The notes under the pieces were generated by a model. That model ran no database searches. It had not been told where the DNA came from and saw nothing but the letters and a program-made list of their open reading frames with translations. Made by a program: the position numbers and the translations under genes. Source: Vicugna vicugna (taxonomy: Eukaryota). Taken from it: a stretch of DNA of 64,000 bases. The stretch lies in the NCBI GenBank assembly GCA_013265495.1, contig MU058000.1, forward strand, positions 310,001 through 374,000, given 5' to 3'. Shown here in pieces: positions 63,871 to 64,000 of this stretch. How positions within the stretch are numbered: position 1 is the stretch's first letter; every line of letters begins with the position of its first letter.

Positions 63871-64000
63871 AGCTCAATCTCCAACCAGCTCTAACACTAC
63901 CAGTTCTTTTCTGGCCTATAGTTTTCCCCTATTGAAACTTATAGCCTAATGCAACCCAGATTCCTAGTAAGTTAACTCTCAGGACAGTGCTCACCACTAA

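Noticed and set aside
1..64000. CRISPR arrays, operons, tRNA/rRNA/snoRNA genes, CpG-island promoter or processed pseudogenes
   Set aside because: None recognised; the window is CpG-poor eukaryotic intron plus seven exons. Small structured RNAs cannot be excluded without an Infernal/Rfam search.

Overview
Mammalian genomic DNA (AT-rich, CpG-poor, repeat-dense) lying entirely inside one large minus-strand gene. Seven GT-AG exons (60044-59958, 57276-57202, 55610-55481, 50102-49951, 23312-22962, 15705-15055, 8733-8569; 1611 nt, 537 codons) splice into one uninterrupted coiled-coil reading frame. I recognise it as the middle of CEP128 (centriolar subdistal-appendage protein); neither start nor stop codon is in the window. 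The introns hold eutherian repeats: L1, L2, MIR, MLT1, ERV solo LTRs and Tigger/hAT/Tc2 MITEs. The youngest L1 tails look cetartiodactyl, and I see no primate, rodent, ruminant, pig or carnivore SINEs, so a camelid is my best guess. I found no convincing new biological system. The best leads are RNA-processing hypotheses (intronic polyadenylation, a stop-free circRNA module, a run of G+5-less donors, a tail-to-tail L2 hairpin) and several structurally odd retroelement insertions. Repeat family names come from remembered consensus sequences, not a database search. Repeat boundaries are approximate unless TSDs/TIRs are quoted.
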